Positions 35,860-52,345 are shown, counted from the first letter of the stretch. The stretch is DNA of 64,000 nucleotides from the human T2T-CHM13v2.0 reference genome, Homo sapiens (GCF_009914755.1 NC_060948.1), one strand, 5' to 3'. Translations and numbers: made by a program. Notes: generated by a model from the letters alone, not told the origin.

Positions 35860-36070
35860 ACCAAAAGTGAACCATAATGTAAAGTATGGATTTTGAGTGA
35901 TGATGATGTACTGATGTAGGTTCAATTGTAAGAAATGTAGCATTCTCTTTGGATGGCAGGGGTGGATGCTAACAGTGGAGAAGTCTGTGTATGTGTGGGG
36001 ACAAGGGTTATGAGGAAACTCTGTACTTTTTGCTCAGTTTTGCTGTGAACCTAAAGTTGATCTAAAAATA
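35860..36070 (+). mobile_element. Old L1 3' end (L1MC/MD-like)
   Basis: gtgaaccataatgtaaagtatggattttgagtgatgatgatgt...ctcagttttgctgtgaacctaaa. Confidence 0.75.
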
Positions 36071-36433
36071 TGAAGTCTATAGAACAAAAAGAGAAAAAAA
36101 GAAATGAACTTCTGGGGTTCCTGGCAGAAGCAGATGCAAATGTCTCCAGAAGACAGATACAGGCAGTACAGAATTCCCACAAATATGGTGTACTCACAAT
36201 CATGAAATCGTGGATATGAACAAGCAAGCTGCATGAAAATCACACGCAACAACCGGTGAAATTAGAGCCTCAGGACTTGCAAAAATGAAGCACTTACGAA
36301 AATCATAGAAAAGAAATAAGTTTCATATTATTAAAAAATAAATCAAATCATAAGTAAGGAACTATTGGCTTTTTAAGGGAAAAAAAGCATATTTTAAAGG
36401 AAATGACCAAAACTTCCAGAAATGAAAAACTTA

Positions 36434-36803
<370 letters not shown>

Positions 36804-36985
36804 CTATAGTGAGTTAAAAAGCAGATTAGACACAGCCAAACAGATAATTTTTACACCTCAAAAATGAAAGATCAGTAGTCTATCCAGATAATAGAACAGG
36901 GAAAAAAAGATATAGAATGCAGAAAGGAGGAATAGCAGTAAGAATTTTTATATATTGCAGAGGGGAGCAGAACTTGGTACAGTCA

Positions 36986-37330
<345 letters not shown>

Positions 37331-38142
37331 AGATTTGGTATATATCTTTGAAAATAAGTATCAAGTATCACTCATATTCTGCATTTTCTTTTGTCAGCAT
37401 GATCTATCAAAAACTGAGAGGCATATTATCTACCACAACTATTGTGCTACTACCAATTTTTACTTATGTTACAAAGATACTCACTGGCATTTTATACTTC
37501 AAAACTCTGCTATTTGATTTGTAAAATGTCATTATTTTAAAAGCCTCATTGAGGGCTGAACCCCTGATTTTCAATAGCCCTCTTGACTATTTCATATTCT
37601 TACTTAGTATTTTAACTGGTGAAGTTTTCGTCATCATTTCCTTTTGAAGTTTTGAGTTACTTTATTTTAGCTGTTCCTCCTTTAGATGGCATCTTGCTAG
37701 ATGTCTGTTTTTAAGCTCATTCTGAGGAATTTGTTTTCAATAGGCGAGTTCACTCCCTTCTACTGTTAAATCAGTTTAGTGTTGTCATTCATTTCATCTT
37801 GTATATTTGTAATGACTGTTTTTTAGTTTTTTTTTTTACATTATTCCATTTTTCTTTGCTTTTTCTTTAGGATTTTGATAGTTTTATAAGCTGTTGGGTT
37901 CTCTGTGTGCTTGGCTTTCTAAATTTAAGTTTTATGTCTGAAGTTGCATTACTCAGTACCTCAACTTCTGACATAGGAGGAAAAGCAAAGAAATAACACA
38001 AAATTGAGGGGAGTGGTTTTCTTTGGGAGTATGCAGTAGGGTGGCATAGAGTGGAACACATAGGTAAATGCAAATTATAGATATTTGTTCAATACCCTAA
38101 GTTTGGGTGGTGAGCTCTAGGCATTGATTATACTCATGCTTC

Positions 38143-38478
<336 letters not shown>

Positions 38479-39920
38479 TAAACTTACATACATTTCATTT
38501 ATATTCTCATGTATATGCCAAATATTATTTTAAAGAATGAAAATATAATTGTCAAATTCATAAGTATTGACTTCTTCCAAAGCTTTTAATGTTTTTGTTC
38601 CTATCAGCACTCTCTTCTCTATCTCAGCGTACCAGTTTTTCCTGTTATACTCTTGACTTCTTACCCTGCCTGTTTTGGGTAAACCACTATTTTGATAATG
38701 TAGCTTTTAGTAAAAGACTATCAAAAACAAAATGACATGCACGCAATGATTTCAACAATCCTAAACAAGCAAAATCTTATAAAGCATGTAAACAAGGACT
38801 ACAGAATAAGATACAAAATGAAAACATTTTATGTTAGTGTTGTGAGATTATGTATTACAATTTTTCCCTGGAATTGTTTTTTGCTACCTCATCATTTAAA
38901 TTAAAATGTCAACAAGAAACATTAACTATAGCTGTAAAGCCTACTTACCTGTGCCATGATGAAAATATCACACTACAAAATTTTTTGTATTTGTATATTA
39001 TGTTATATTCAAAAGTGTTTTAGATTTTCAAAAGAAAGTTAGAAACAGTATCTTTAGATGAATGGTTTTGGCAGATTATGAAAGCCTAAAATTGTTGGCA
39101 AACTTGAACCTCAAAAAAGTAATTTGATGCTAATTAGCTATTTAAACATGCAGAAGATAACTGACGTGAGAGAAAGGAATGAAAATTCAGACTTATCTGA
39201 ATAGTAACAACACACAGGAAAACAGAATAATTTAGAGCTGGGGAATTAAAATAGTCCTCGTCTTCTCACAGAACAAAAGGAAAAAATACTCTGAAGTCTT
39301 TGTTGCAATGGTGTGGAAAATTTATGTTTGAAAAAGCTGCATGTTTGAAAAATTGCATTTTTAAAATTAGTTCAGATTTTAGCAATTAACTTCAAACTAG
39401 CATAAAAGTGTTCCTACATGGAGCAGATTCAATTCGAGGCTAAAGGAAAAGCACCTGACATTTTAGTTAGCCTATGCAGTCTGTCATGGATAAACCTGTA
39501 AGTGACTTTACGATTTAGGATTTCTGAGGTGTGAAAAACAGCTCTGGACCTCAGAGTCAAAGGTTGAATCAGAGCTGAAAGCGGACTTTGCCGATCAAAC
39601 CTCCGTCAGCAACAGCAAATGTTACACAGACGTTGAGACTATTAGGAGAGCTGAGTGCTTGTGACTGACACTATTTTTATCTGAACCCCCTCTCCAAATA
39701 CCAGTGGGTCCCTGGGGTTGCCAAAATAACTTAAATGCTCTTTATAAGAAAAAGCTTAGGTCATTTTTGTTAATGTGTTCAACTTGCCAGATTCTTTGAA
39801 AGCACCGATTCTTGTCTTCAGTACCATAATGAAGAATCACTTCTAAACATTTCTAAATAACAATCATCATGTTACTACATCCAAAAAGTTGTTTAAAGCA
39901 TGTACTTCAGAATAATCGTA

Positions 39921-41460
39921 TTTAAATTCTTCCTTTGACTTCATGTCCCAGGGCACTTGGAAATGACAGCTGCCGTGAGACATGGAATTGGAGGAGTTTC
40001 TGGGAGAATTAGAGGGTAGGGGTTTGTACTCTGGCAGTTTCTGGGTATCATTTCATCTCTCACCATCACCAAGGAGCGGGAGTAACCCATGGCAGCCTGC
40101 TCTGAGAAGACACCATGCAGCGTCTTCATGTCTTGGACCGCAGTGGGAGATGTGGGCTTGTGAGTCCCCTCTGCCCAGTTCACCAAAGATCAGGGACTGG
40201 CCCCAGATGATCTGCAGCCACCATGATGCTCTTCCCATGAGCCAGGCTCCACATTCTCCAGCCACGGATGTTCAGCACTGCTTTCAGGTACATGATAGAC
40301 TCATGGGAAGTGTTGGTGGCCTCCCAGAAAAACACGTCACCCTCTTCACTGACAGCAAAGGACCAGGCATAACCAGCATAGATCTGGGGACCCCATTCCA
40401 GGAAAGCCAAACCGCTTGTGGGAGGTGGACCATCTCGTTTTTCTGCTCCACATGGTCCAGCCAGCAATAGCCACCCCGTGTCAGAAGAAGATGTGCTTCT
40501 GGGAGTCCAGGACCAGCATGTGGTTAGCTCTACAGGCCACATCTGCACAACCACGTGTGGTACTGGCAAAATCTGCTAATCTTTCTTCCTTCTCCATGAA
40601 GACAGCCACTTGCCTGGGCATCAGCTCCCAGCTGGACTCTATCCACAGCAGTGGGGACATGAACTTCTCATCATGAGTTGTATACCAGGTGACCATATTC
40701 AGGGCTCCCAAAGGAATAAAGTTTGGGTTTTTGTTTTTTGTTTTTTGTTTTGGTTTTAGTTTTGGTTTTTGCAGTCCATCATCCCACTGAATTCAGTCCC
40801 ATGGACCATTTTGGTGAATGGCTGGCCTTGTATACCTTCTGCGCAGGGCTAGGAACTGCATCTGTCTGACGACCAAGCCCCACCTTCTGCATCTTGTTCT
40901 TTCCAAAGGCAAATGCAGTGCCCACTTCCAGCAACACTGGGTTGTGGCTCCACCCATAGGCTGCTGACACAGTAACCCCAGGACTGGGACCCTTTATCAG
41001 TTTGGGTGCTTCAGCTTTCTTGGTGTCACCATGTTTCAGCTGCCCCTTTTCATTTCAACTCCAACTCCACAGATTCCCTTCTGTGGTGATAAGTGGACTG
41101 TAGGAAGCATATGTACCCAAAACCACTGCCTGCACCTGGACTCCCAGCAGGCATCCACTTCTATGGGGCACCTACAAATTCTGACTGGGGATCATGGTAA
41201 GCATCCTGTTATGTAAGTACTTATTTAACCAATCAAGCCCCAGCCAGTTGCTCTAAAAATCAAGGCTGCCATTTGCACTTAGAACCTTCATCTTTGCTGC
41301 ACTCCTTGGTGTGTTTGGCTCCGTGATGACGACAGCCACACCTCCCACCTTGTTGGCCACCTGGTCTGCCATGCTGGGTGCTTGCCTCTGCAGGGAGCAC
41401 CTCAAGTTCCAAGCTTTCCTTCTCATGCAACTGTTTGATGCTGCTGCTGCTGCTGCAGTA
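39921..41460 (-). pseudogene. RCC2: Processed pseudogene of RCC2 (regulator of chromosome condensation 2 / TD-60): CDS plus proximal 3'UTR; possibly RCC2P1
   Basis: Intronless, frameshifted fragments match RCC2 in order: VAVVITEP/HTKE..EGSKCK, AFAFGKNKMQKVGLGRQTDAVPSPAQ, ANHMLVLDSQK, QIYAGYAWSFAVSEEGDVFFWEATNTSHESIMYLKAV, WGQSLIFGELG, QDMKTLHGVFSEQAAMGYSRSLV. Ends KLPEY..TL-stop at 40009-40011. Confidence 0.95.
40726..40770. repeat. (GTTTTT)n microsatellite inside the RCC2 pseudogene CDS
   Basis: It interrupts the MDCK|GNLYSFG codons. Confidence 0.85.
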
Positions 41461-42534
41461 CTTGGTCCTTGCATTGTTAATAATCACCTCCCTTGCCACC
41501 AAAGGGTTTATAATGCTTGCAATAATACACAGCTGTGATGTTACTGGCACAAAAACAGACACATGGACCAATGGAACAAAATATAGAACCCAGAAATAAA
41601 GATGCACACCTACAGCCAACTAATTTTTACAAAGTCAAAAAAAAGGGAATGTGGAAAGTACTTCCTATTCAATAAATAGTGCTGGGATAGCAGGCTAGTC
41701 ATATGCAGAAGAATGAAACTGGATCCTTACCTGTCACCATATACAAAAATTAACTCAAGATGAATTAAAAATTTAAATGTACAACCTCAAACTATAAGAA
41801 TCCTAGAAGAAAACCTAGGAAATGCCATTCTGGAAAGAATTTATGATGAAGTCATCAAAAGCAATTGCAAAAAAATAAAATTGACAAGTGGGACCTAACT
41901 AAACTAAAGAGCTTCTCCTCAGCAAAAGAACCTATCAACGGAGTAAACATGCAACCTGCAGAATGGGAGAAAATATTCACAAACTACACATCTGACAAAA
42001 GTCTAACATCCAAAAATCTTTAAGGAACTTAATCAATTGAACAAGCAAAAAACAATTCCATTAAAAACTGAACAAAAGACATGAACAGACACTTTTCAAA
42101 ATAAGACATACAAGTGGCCAACAAACATATGAAAAAATGCTCCACATCACGAATCACCAGGGAAATGCAAATCAAAACCACAATGAGATACTACCTTATG
42201 CCAGTCAGAATGGCTATTATTTAAAAGTTAAAAAACCACAGATGTGGGCATGGCTGCAGAGAAAAATGAGTGCTTATACACTGTTGGTGGGAATGTAAAT
42301 TAATTCAGCCACTGTGAAAAGCAGTTTGGAGATTTCTCAAAGGACTTAGAACTACCACTCAACCCAGCAATCCCATTACTGGGTATATACCCACAGGAAA
42401 AGAAATCATTCTCTCAAAAAAGCACACACATGCGCATGTCCATCATGGCACCATTGGCAATAGCAAAGACATGGAATCAATCTAGATACCCATCAATGAC
42501 AGATTGGAAAAAGAAAATATGGTACATATACACT

Positions 42535-42934
42535 CATATAGTTTGGATATTTGTCCCCACTCAAATCTTATGTTGAAATGTAATCCCGAATGTTGGGGGT
42601 AGGGCCTGGTTGGAGATATTTGGGTCATGGTGGTGGATCCCTTATGGCTTGGTGTTGTCCTTGCAACAGCAAGTGAGTTCTCATGAGATATGGTTGTCAA
42701 GTGTGGGGCACATCACCCACTCTCTTTCTTGCTCCTGCATTCACCAAGTGAAGTGCCTGCTCCTGCTGCACCTTCTGCCATGAGTAAAAGTGCCCTTAGG
42801 CCTCCTCAGAAGCCTAGGAGATGCCAGTGCCATGCTTATACTGTTTGCAGAACCATAAGCCAATTAAACTTCTTTTCTGAATAAATTACCCAGTTTCAGG
42901 TAATTCTTTATAGCAATTCAAGAACGGCCTAACA
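42535..42934 (+). mobile_element. MaLR solo LTR (MSTA/MSTB)
   Basis: atagtttggatatttgtccccactcaaatcttatgttgaaatgtaatccc...ataaattacccagtttcagg...gaacggcctaacac. Confidence 0.9.
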
Positions 42935-43312
42935 CCTATACCATAGAATACTATGCAGCCATAAAAAGAATGAAATCATAACCTCTGCAGCAACATGGAT
43001 GCAGCCTGGAGGCCATTATCCTAAGCAAACAAGAACAGATGGAAGAATAGAAAACCTCATACCTCATGTTCTCATTTATAAGCGGGAGCTTAATATTGGG
43101 TACTCATTGACATGAAGATGGCAACAATAGACACTGGGGTCTGCTAGAGCAGGGAGGAAAAGGGAGGAGGGCAAAAGTCAAAAAAACAACTATTGGGTAC
43201 TATGCTCAGTACCTGGGTAACAGGATCTTTCATACCTCAAACCTTAGCATTATGAAATATACTCAAGTAACAAACCCACACATGTAACCACTGAATCTAA
43301 AATAAAAGTTGA

Positions 43313-43620
<308 letters not shown>

Positions 43621-44043
43621 GTTGAAGAAAATATTGTAGGACAAAATAATATAATACACAGCTCTAGTCTACAGATGAATTTCTCATCGGGTGCAGTTGT
43701 AGTAGTCTAAAAACCCTAATTTGGGGCAATCTGTCATGGGAGAAAGTGAAAGTAGTTTATATTAATAAAAGAAGCTATAAGCTACCTCCCACATGTTCTG
43801 CAGACCATGGAATTGTATGAAAATCCTTTAAAAGCAACATAAGTATATCCAGATATAGTTCGATGAGGCAGTAAGACCACTGCCACCAATTATTTAAGGA
43901 AAGCCTGTCTGGTGACAGTCATGCCAAGACCCTGAATCCACTTGAATGGTGGAAGTGGACACATAGGCTTAGGGAGTTCAAGTACTTTATGAGTAACATT
44001 CTCTTATCATACATAGAATGCAAAATGATGTATTTTTTTTTCT

Positions 44044-44520
44044 TTTAAAAAAGCAAAAGATGACTGAAGCTGCATTGTTGTTGGACTTTCTGAGGTCTTA
44101 TTTTATAAATGATTCAACTTGTCCTGTATGCTTTGAAAGTGCTTTTTTCTCTTAATGCTTAACTACAATATTTACTCATAGTTTACTTACCAACCCTACA
44201 AAAGAGGTAGTTAACTTGGCTGCTTCCATTTCCTGCCTGCCTGGCTGCTGAACTTCCTGGGACCAGAGAGGCCATGCCATTGCCCAAGTTTGGCTATGGG
44301 GGGCTCCCCTGACTTCCTGCCAAGCTGGCCTGGAGTCCTTGAGGCATGGAGATGCCTGCAACAATGAGGTGGCCCCAGACTCATCCCATGTGCTCCTGCT
44401 GGCCATGGCACAATGATGGCCTCCACAGGACCCCTGCCACTAGCCCTCAATCTACTTCTTTGCTGTGGGAGCTAACAAAGTTGAAATGGCTTCTCCTTCT
44501 GAGCCAAGTGCATTGCCCAT
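44044..44520 (+). pseudogene. RCC2: Probable continuation of the RCC2 3'UTR, opposite in orientation to the CDS part
   Basis: tttaaaaaagcaaaagatgactgaagctgcattg...ctgaggt...ctgtatgctttg...ctcatagtt...cctacaaaagagg matches my recollection of the RCC2 3'UTR right after the point where the - strand copy stops. The right boundary is uncertain. Confidence 0.65.
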
Positions 44521-45120
44521 TTAAATTTTTTAATTGTTGAATAGTATTCTTATATAGATACACTTTTCTTTTTTTCTTTTGCTAGTTGATGAGTATTTGG
44601 GTTGTTTCCACTTTGGGTTACTATGGATGGTGCTGCTATGAGCTTTCACATGAGTCTTTGAGTGGACATAGGTTTCCATTTATTCTGGGTACCTATCTGG
44701 GAGTGAAGCTGCTGAGTCATATGGTAATTCTACATATGGCACTCTGAGAAACTACCAAATTGCTTAACAAAGTGGCTGCATTCATTTGCATTTCTGTAGG
44801 CAATGTCTGGGGGGTCCCTATTCTCCCCCTCCTTGTCATCACTTGTTATTTTCTATTGTTTGATTACAGCCACTCTAGTGAGTATGAAGTTGTATTGCAT
44901 TGTGATGCCAGTATGGATGTCTGTATTGACTAATGATATTGTACATATTGGAATAGTATATTTTCCTCGGAGAAATGCTATTGAAATCCACTTTACATTT
45001 TAAATAGTTTATCTTTTGTTAATGAGTACTATGAAATGTTTTCGTCTGAATAGTTCATGAGCAGATTTATCATTTGCAAATATGTCATTGCTTTTGGTGA
45101 TTTGTCCTTTCATTTTCAAA
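44521..45120 (-). mobile_element. Old L1 (L1MB/ME-like) antisense fragment
   Basis: tttgggttgtttccactttgggtta, gctgagtcatatggtaattcta, aaagtggctgca. Confidence 0.75.
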
Positions 45121-46069
45121 GATAAATATGCAAATGGATAACAACCAGTCTACATATAAAAAGAGAACTCTGAACACAACCTACAACAATCAGTCCCAAC
45201 AGTCTAGTCTTGATTAGTAACTGACAGCTGACCTAATTTTTGCCTTTGCTTCCAACTTAGGACCAAACTGAGAAGGCCAAACATGCACTCTTACCAGGAA
45301 AATAGAATATTCAGCTTCTGCTAAGCCTTCCTGCAGCTTCCCTATGTCAAGAGCCTCCAATCAGGACACATCTGGAGCCTTGCCTCTTTTTCCACTGTGG
45401 AGTTTTCCCACTCCTCTTCTTGCCTTTGAGTCTCCAACAAACACAAGTGATGGTGGCTAATTCCCTTGCTAGGGCAAAGTTGGGATACACAGCTTTTCTT
45501 GTTTTCATTTTTGTGGTCTCCAATTATTTCCACTGCTGTTATGGAGGTCCCACTGAGGTATCTGCTGCATTGTCCTTTGCCTTGGACCCTATAGTTTGAC
45601 CAGCACCCACCAAGTCATCTTGTTTCTTCTGTTCATGGCTGCCACAGCAGCACTGATGTGATACATGAGCACTGGTTCTGAACTCTCCGTCTTTGCACCG
45701 AGTTCCTTAGGTATTTATTCTGCATTTGGTAGAATAAATACCTGGTTTTTGTTATTGGTTCCTACTTTTTTGACATTCTTGGTGGAATCTGGTCTTCCCA
45801 TTCATTCATTTTGCTCTCTCTATGTTACTGTTTTGTCTTTTGTCATCCAAGTGTTGTCATAAGGAGAAGAATGAGAAGGTGGAACGTAGTCATAGGCCCT
45901 AGAAGGCTATTGTTCAAGCCAGCCTCACACACCGGCGAATTTGTGGTACTCATTGGTCAGACATCCATTTGGACACACTTCGCTATGGGTCACCAATGAA
46001 ATTGGATGAAGTTCTCCTTTATACTTCTGTCTTAGTTCTGTGCATTCCGGTTGTGATCCAGAGAGTTTT

Positions 46070-46137
46070 TTATTTTATTTTATTTTATTTTATTTTATTT
46101 TATTTTATTTTATTTTATTTTATTTTATTTTATTTAT
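46070..46137. repeat. (TTTTA)n microsatellite
   Basis: About 12 perfect pentamer units. Confidence 0.95.
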
Positions 46138-46607
46138 TGACTTTCCACCTGCTAGCAGAACAGATTTTTGTGTCTTCATCTGGAAGTGACCAACTGTCAG
46201 GATGAGGACCCAAGACACGAGGTGCATAAGCATTACTCTCCTACTGCCTGCCACCAGCTCTCATGGGGCTAAGTCGGAGTCCTCTCTGCTTCCCAGAAAA
46301 GCTCCTGCTTCTTGTGTTTACTTTCATTACAATGCTCATTCTTGTGTCGGCCTTTCTAAATAGCATTACTTCATCAAGAACTGGGCCTTCTGTGACCATT
46401 CTGGGGAGCATTTGCTTTGAACAACATTGCTCATTTGAGAGGTTCCTTAAGAAAGAAAAGGAATAAGATTTCTCAGGCCCAATGAGCAGTACATTTTGGT
46501 TGGTAAGCAGAAGCTTTCAAATGCTATTCTGAATCAAGAATCATTTCATTAAATCTTCTCTGGCCAAACCTAAGACACAATTTGACACACTTAAGCAACT
46601 ACAAACT

Positions 46608-46664
46608 ATTAGGTTGGTGCAAAAGTGGTTTTGCAAAACCACAATTACTTTTGCACCAACCCAA
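46608..46664. mobile_element. MADE1 mariner MITE, internally deleted
   Basis: tattaggttggtgcaaaagt...ttacttttgcaccaacccaat inverted termini. Confidence 0.9.
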
Positions 46665-47051
46665 TGGATTCATTTTCTTAGTAAACTCTCTCCCACTTTC
46701 TTGCCCTCCAGTTGACCTTATATCCAGGTGTCCCCCTTCCCCTTTCTCATCCTAATCTCTCTCCTTCTGTGCCTTCATCCTATCCTCCTTCCACTTCTCA
46801 TTCAGATCCCAGACCCTCCCCAACAACTCTCCTAAAACTCCAAATGACCAGTTTCCTCTGAAGTTTCTTCTGTTCCATAAACAAGTTTTGACAGCAACTG
46901 TAGAATTTAAACCTGGGACCCAGCTGAATCAAGAACTACAATTAAAGATTTTTCTAAACCCAGAGAAGTTTAGCAAACTCCAGAGGAGACCAGCAAATAT
47001 TCATAGAAGATTATAGAATTCTCTGGGTGCAAGAGGGTCAGGGTAACCTGA

Positions 47052-47713
<662 letters not shown>

Positions 47714-47855
47714 CCTGACACATCAACTGGCACTCATAATTTTTGGAACCTCTGACGCTAAAACCCTGAGGGCAAAAGGTGACTGATCTGACTTAGTAAT
47801 AAATCTACATGATCCATGTTTCCACAGTAAGACTGAGAGTCAAAAAAAAAAAAAA

Positions 47856-48945
47856 GGCCACGAGCAGGTCGAAGTGTCCTTCAACCTAGGCGGCCTCTGT
47901 GCAGGTCGGTTGGCCTGGATGGGGCCTGAAGCATCACGTGCATATTGCTTTTGTGCAGCTGGAGCCTCTGGAGCCCATTGAGGTAGAGGCAGACAGTGAG
48001 GAGGCCTGCAGCCTGGAAGACTTTCCAGGGGTGGTGTTTGAGGGCTCCAATTCCATTAAATTCTGTGCGGTCATTTCTGTGTTTAGAAAGGCCAGTGGGA
48101 AGTGACTGATTTTGGTAACTCATTGTCCTTTTCCAGCTCCTGCTTAATGTCTAGAGACACAGGCAATTCCAGTGCTGGCTCTGGTACATGCTGCCTGCTC
48201 CGGAGCCAGAGTGACTTGCAGCCCTGGGCCTCCCACACATCGATCCAGCACCACGGCCAGCTCCAGAGCCACAGTGCTCCTGCCCCGGTCCTGGGACTGC
48301 GAAGAACCAGCCCGGCGAGGCGTTGCCTGACATCGTGGTGTCTGTTGCCCCCACTCGCCTCAGCACTGGAGCTGGAAGAGGCTCCCCAGGAGAGGCGGCG
48401 GCCAGTGGGGCTCCGGCCAGCAGGCCTCGCGCCGCTCTCGGTCCTGGGCGAAGGGAGAGCCGCGGAGGCGGAGAGCAGGGCTGGCGGGCCGGCTCCTGGG
48501 CCTTGCTGAAGAGCTTCCCGCGTGCCAGCCTCGGCCCCAGCACGACCTGAACAACGTCTGTTTCTCGCAAGCCGCCACCCGGCCTATGGGCGCGAACTCC
48601 ACCAGCTCGCCCCCTCCACGTCCCCGCCTGGCCTGCCGCTGATGGGGGCGGACGGGGCGGAATTCCAGCAACTCCTCCTCCTGCTCCAGGACGTGGTCTC
48701 CTCCTCCGGCGACTGGGACCTGCCCTTAGCTGAGCATCTGAGCTGGGGGCCTCTGAGGTGCTGCCCAGGACGGGCTCTTCCTGGTTGGCAGGCAGGTGGG
48801 AATGTATTTTCCAAAGGGCACAGGCCCAGGCAGGACCTAGCAGCTGTACCTTGGGGTCACCATTGGCCCCATCCTGCCCAATGACTTATTTATATTGTTA
48901 TTACTTCAAATTTCTATAACTTTTAAATAAAGAATTTGGCTTTTT
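47856..48945 (+). pseudogene. Unidentified GC/CpG-rich retrocopy-like segment (CpG-island-like core ~48280-48720)
   Basis: Abrupt GC rise after an A run, many CpGs, coding-like but broken frames, and an AT-rich 3'UTR-like end with AATAAA at ~48926. Parent gene not recognised and strand is tentative. Confidence 0.4.
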
Positions 48946-49543
48946 AACTAAAACTCTCATGCCTTCTTTAACACCCTAGTGTCAGATGGAATTGTTGAGG
49001 CTAACATGAAAATCGCCCACAGTTTCCTCTTTTTGTTGTGGATGTTTCCATGAATGAATTGTGATCTGATCAACTGTTACTGTACCTTTCAGATTTAGGA
49101 CAGATTCCTCTCCCAGCACCTAGAGATCCCTGTTCTGTCTGTATTGAGGACAAAGATTAGCTAGAAGGAATCTTAAATCTCCTTTACAAATGTAAAAACA
49201 GATTTGCTGTCTATGTGCTTTGCCAAACAGAGAGAGACAGAGGCCATTGAGACATGATGAAAACAGCTTCTTCTGAGATGGGGGAAAAGAAAAATATGAA
49301 ATATGAACAACCACAGTAGGTCCAACAACCTTTCCACAGAGCCAGGCACTCAGGAGCCACCTGTCATGTCTTAGGCCATTTCATTCCTACAAGAACCTCA
49401 CTGAGATTCATCTTACTACTCCACTTTTCAGAGGTGCAAGTTGAGGCTCAGAAAGCTGCAGTGGCATCCCTAGACACAGCTAGTAGGTAGTAGGGTGTGC
49501 CTTGAAAGAAACAGACACTCACCTGCTGAACAGCTGCTCCAGG

Positions 49544-50006
49544 TGTAGCAGGACAAGCTGCAGACAAAACCCCTCAGATACTGAGTTAAAGAAGTAAGGG
49601 CTTTATTCGGCCAGGAGCTTCAGCAAGACTCACGTCTCCAACAACCGAGCTCCCCGAGTGAGCAATTCCTGTCCCTTTTAAGGGCTCACAACTCTAAGGG
49701 GGTCCGCGTGAGAGGGTCGGGATCCATTGACCAAGCAGGCGGTACGTGACTGGGGGCTGCATGCACCAGCAATTAGAATGGAACAGAACAGGACAGGGAT
49801 TTTCACAGTGCTTTTCTATACAATGTCTGGAATCTGTAGATAACAGAAACGATCAGGTCAGGGGTCGATCTTTAACTACCAGGCCCAGGGTGTGGCGCTG
49901 AGCTGTCTGCCTGCGGATTTCATTTCTGCCTTTTAGTTTTTAGTTCTTCTTTCTTTGGAGGCAGAAATTGGGCATAAGACAATATGAGGGGTGGTATCCT
50001 CCCTTA
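49544..50006 (-). mobile_element. LTR2-family solo LTR (HERV-E/Harlequin)
   Basis: Reverse strand begins taagggaggataccacccctcatattgtcttatgcccaatttctgcctccaaagaaag; 463 bp; flanks cagg/caag form an imperfect 4-bp TSD. Confidence 0.85.
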
Positions 50007-51157
50007 CAAGAACTGTAGGACAGTGGTGAAGTCCCACTAGGAGCCCAGGAAGCTCCTGAAGGAGGGGATGGTTTGACCCTGGAATGCTGGAACCAGGGAT
50101 TCCACCAGCCTCTCCCTTGTGCCTGGCTGGGGGTTCCCTCTGCATAGTACAGATCTCCCCTAGGTTCAGAGTATGCTCATTTTCATACTAGAGAGGACCA
50201 GGAAGGACACGGTCAGTGACAGCATCATGAGCCACCAGGGAATTGGGATCTGGAGATCAGACTAGGAAGCCTCAACCCTTCAGGGACTTGTGCATGTGGA
50301 GGACATGGGTGTTCATGGTGAAAAAGGTTTTAGACTTTCAATGTAAAATGTGATGGGGGGGGAACAGATATTCATTAAATCATTAATAGCTTCAAGGCAC
50401 CATCACAGTATTTGGCAACTGTGGAGCAACAGCACCCACCTGTATTAACAGCCTGTATGAAGAGCACTATCCAAGTGAGTCCTCAAAAAAAAATACACTC
50501 ATTGTATAGATGAGAAGACACAGACTTTTGGATGTCAAATGGCTGCTCAACAGCACATGAGTCAGAACAGAGAATCATCCGCAAGGGAGGCTGCATGAAA
50601 TTCCCTCTAAACTACCTGAGGCTCGGCCTGCTCCTGCCATGGAGGAGAAGGGCCTGGGGAAGCCTCCTTTCCTCTCCTTTTCAGAGACAGTGCACAAGGC
50701 AAGACACTCTAGAAGAACTCTTTGGACTTAAAGCAACATAATTTGTTTTTCTTCCTTTAACATTAAAGGGAGTCTTGAGAAATAGCTAAAACAATCCCAC
50801 ACCTGGCAAAAGGGAAAATGTCAGGAGACTCCAGGGAGAAAGCTCATCAGAGAACCTAGGGGATCTGAGCATTTGGCTCAGGGAAAAGACACCCTGAGCA
50901 GATATTAAACAACTGAAAGACAACAAACACATCCGTTGGGAAACTTGGGAATGAAAGGAACAACGTGATGGTATTTGCCACACAGACACCAGGTTGGCAA
51001 AATATTAGAAATGTTAACCTTCAGGGGAGGCTGAATGCAGGGAACCAGTTACCTTCAGGGACTGCTGGTGACAATGTACCTGCTACAGCCATTTTGGAAA
51101 GTTATCGGGCTGTAGCTATACAATCTGACATATGTGTACTCTGGAGGGAGTTAGTAT

Positions 51158-51853
<696 letters not shown>

Positions 51854-51985
51854 TTGCAGCCTCTTCAGACACACATAGAATGTACCCTGCAGCCCAGTGG
51901 GGCTCTGTGTTCTGTGAGACAACACATTGCAGACAAACAAATAGAGTGGCTTCACCCACTTTTTTGTACAAGTCCCCTTTTGTAA

Positions 51986-52334
<349 letters not shown>

Positions 52335-52345
52335 AAGACTGATGG

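Noticed and set aside
41439-41457. (GCT)n triplet repeat
   Set aside because: Only ~6 units, probably derived from the low-complexity RCC2 N-terminal region.
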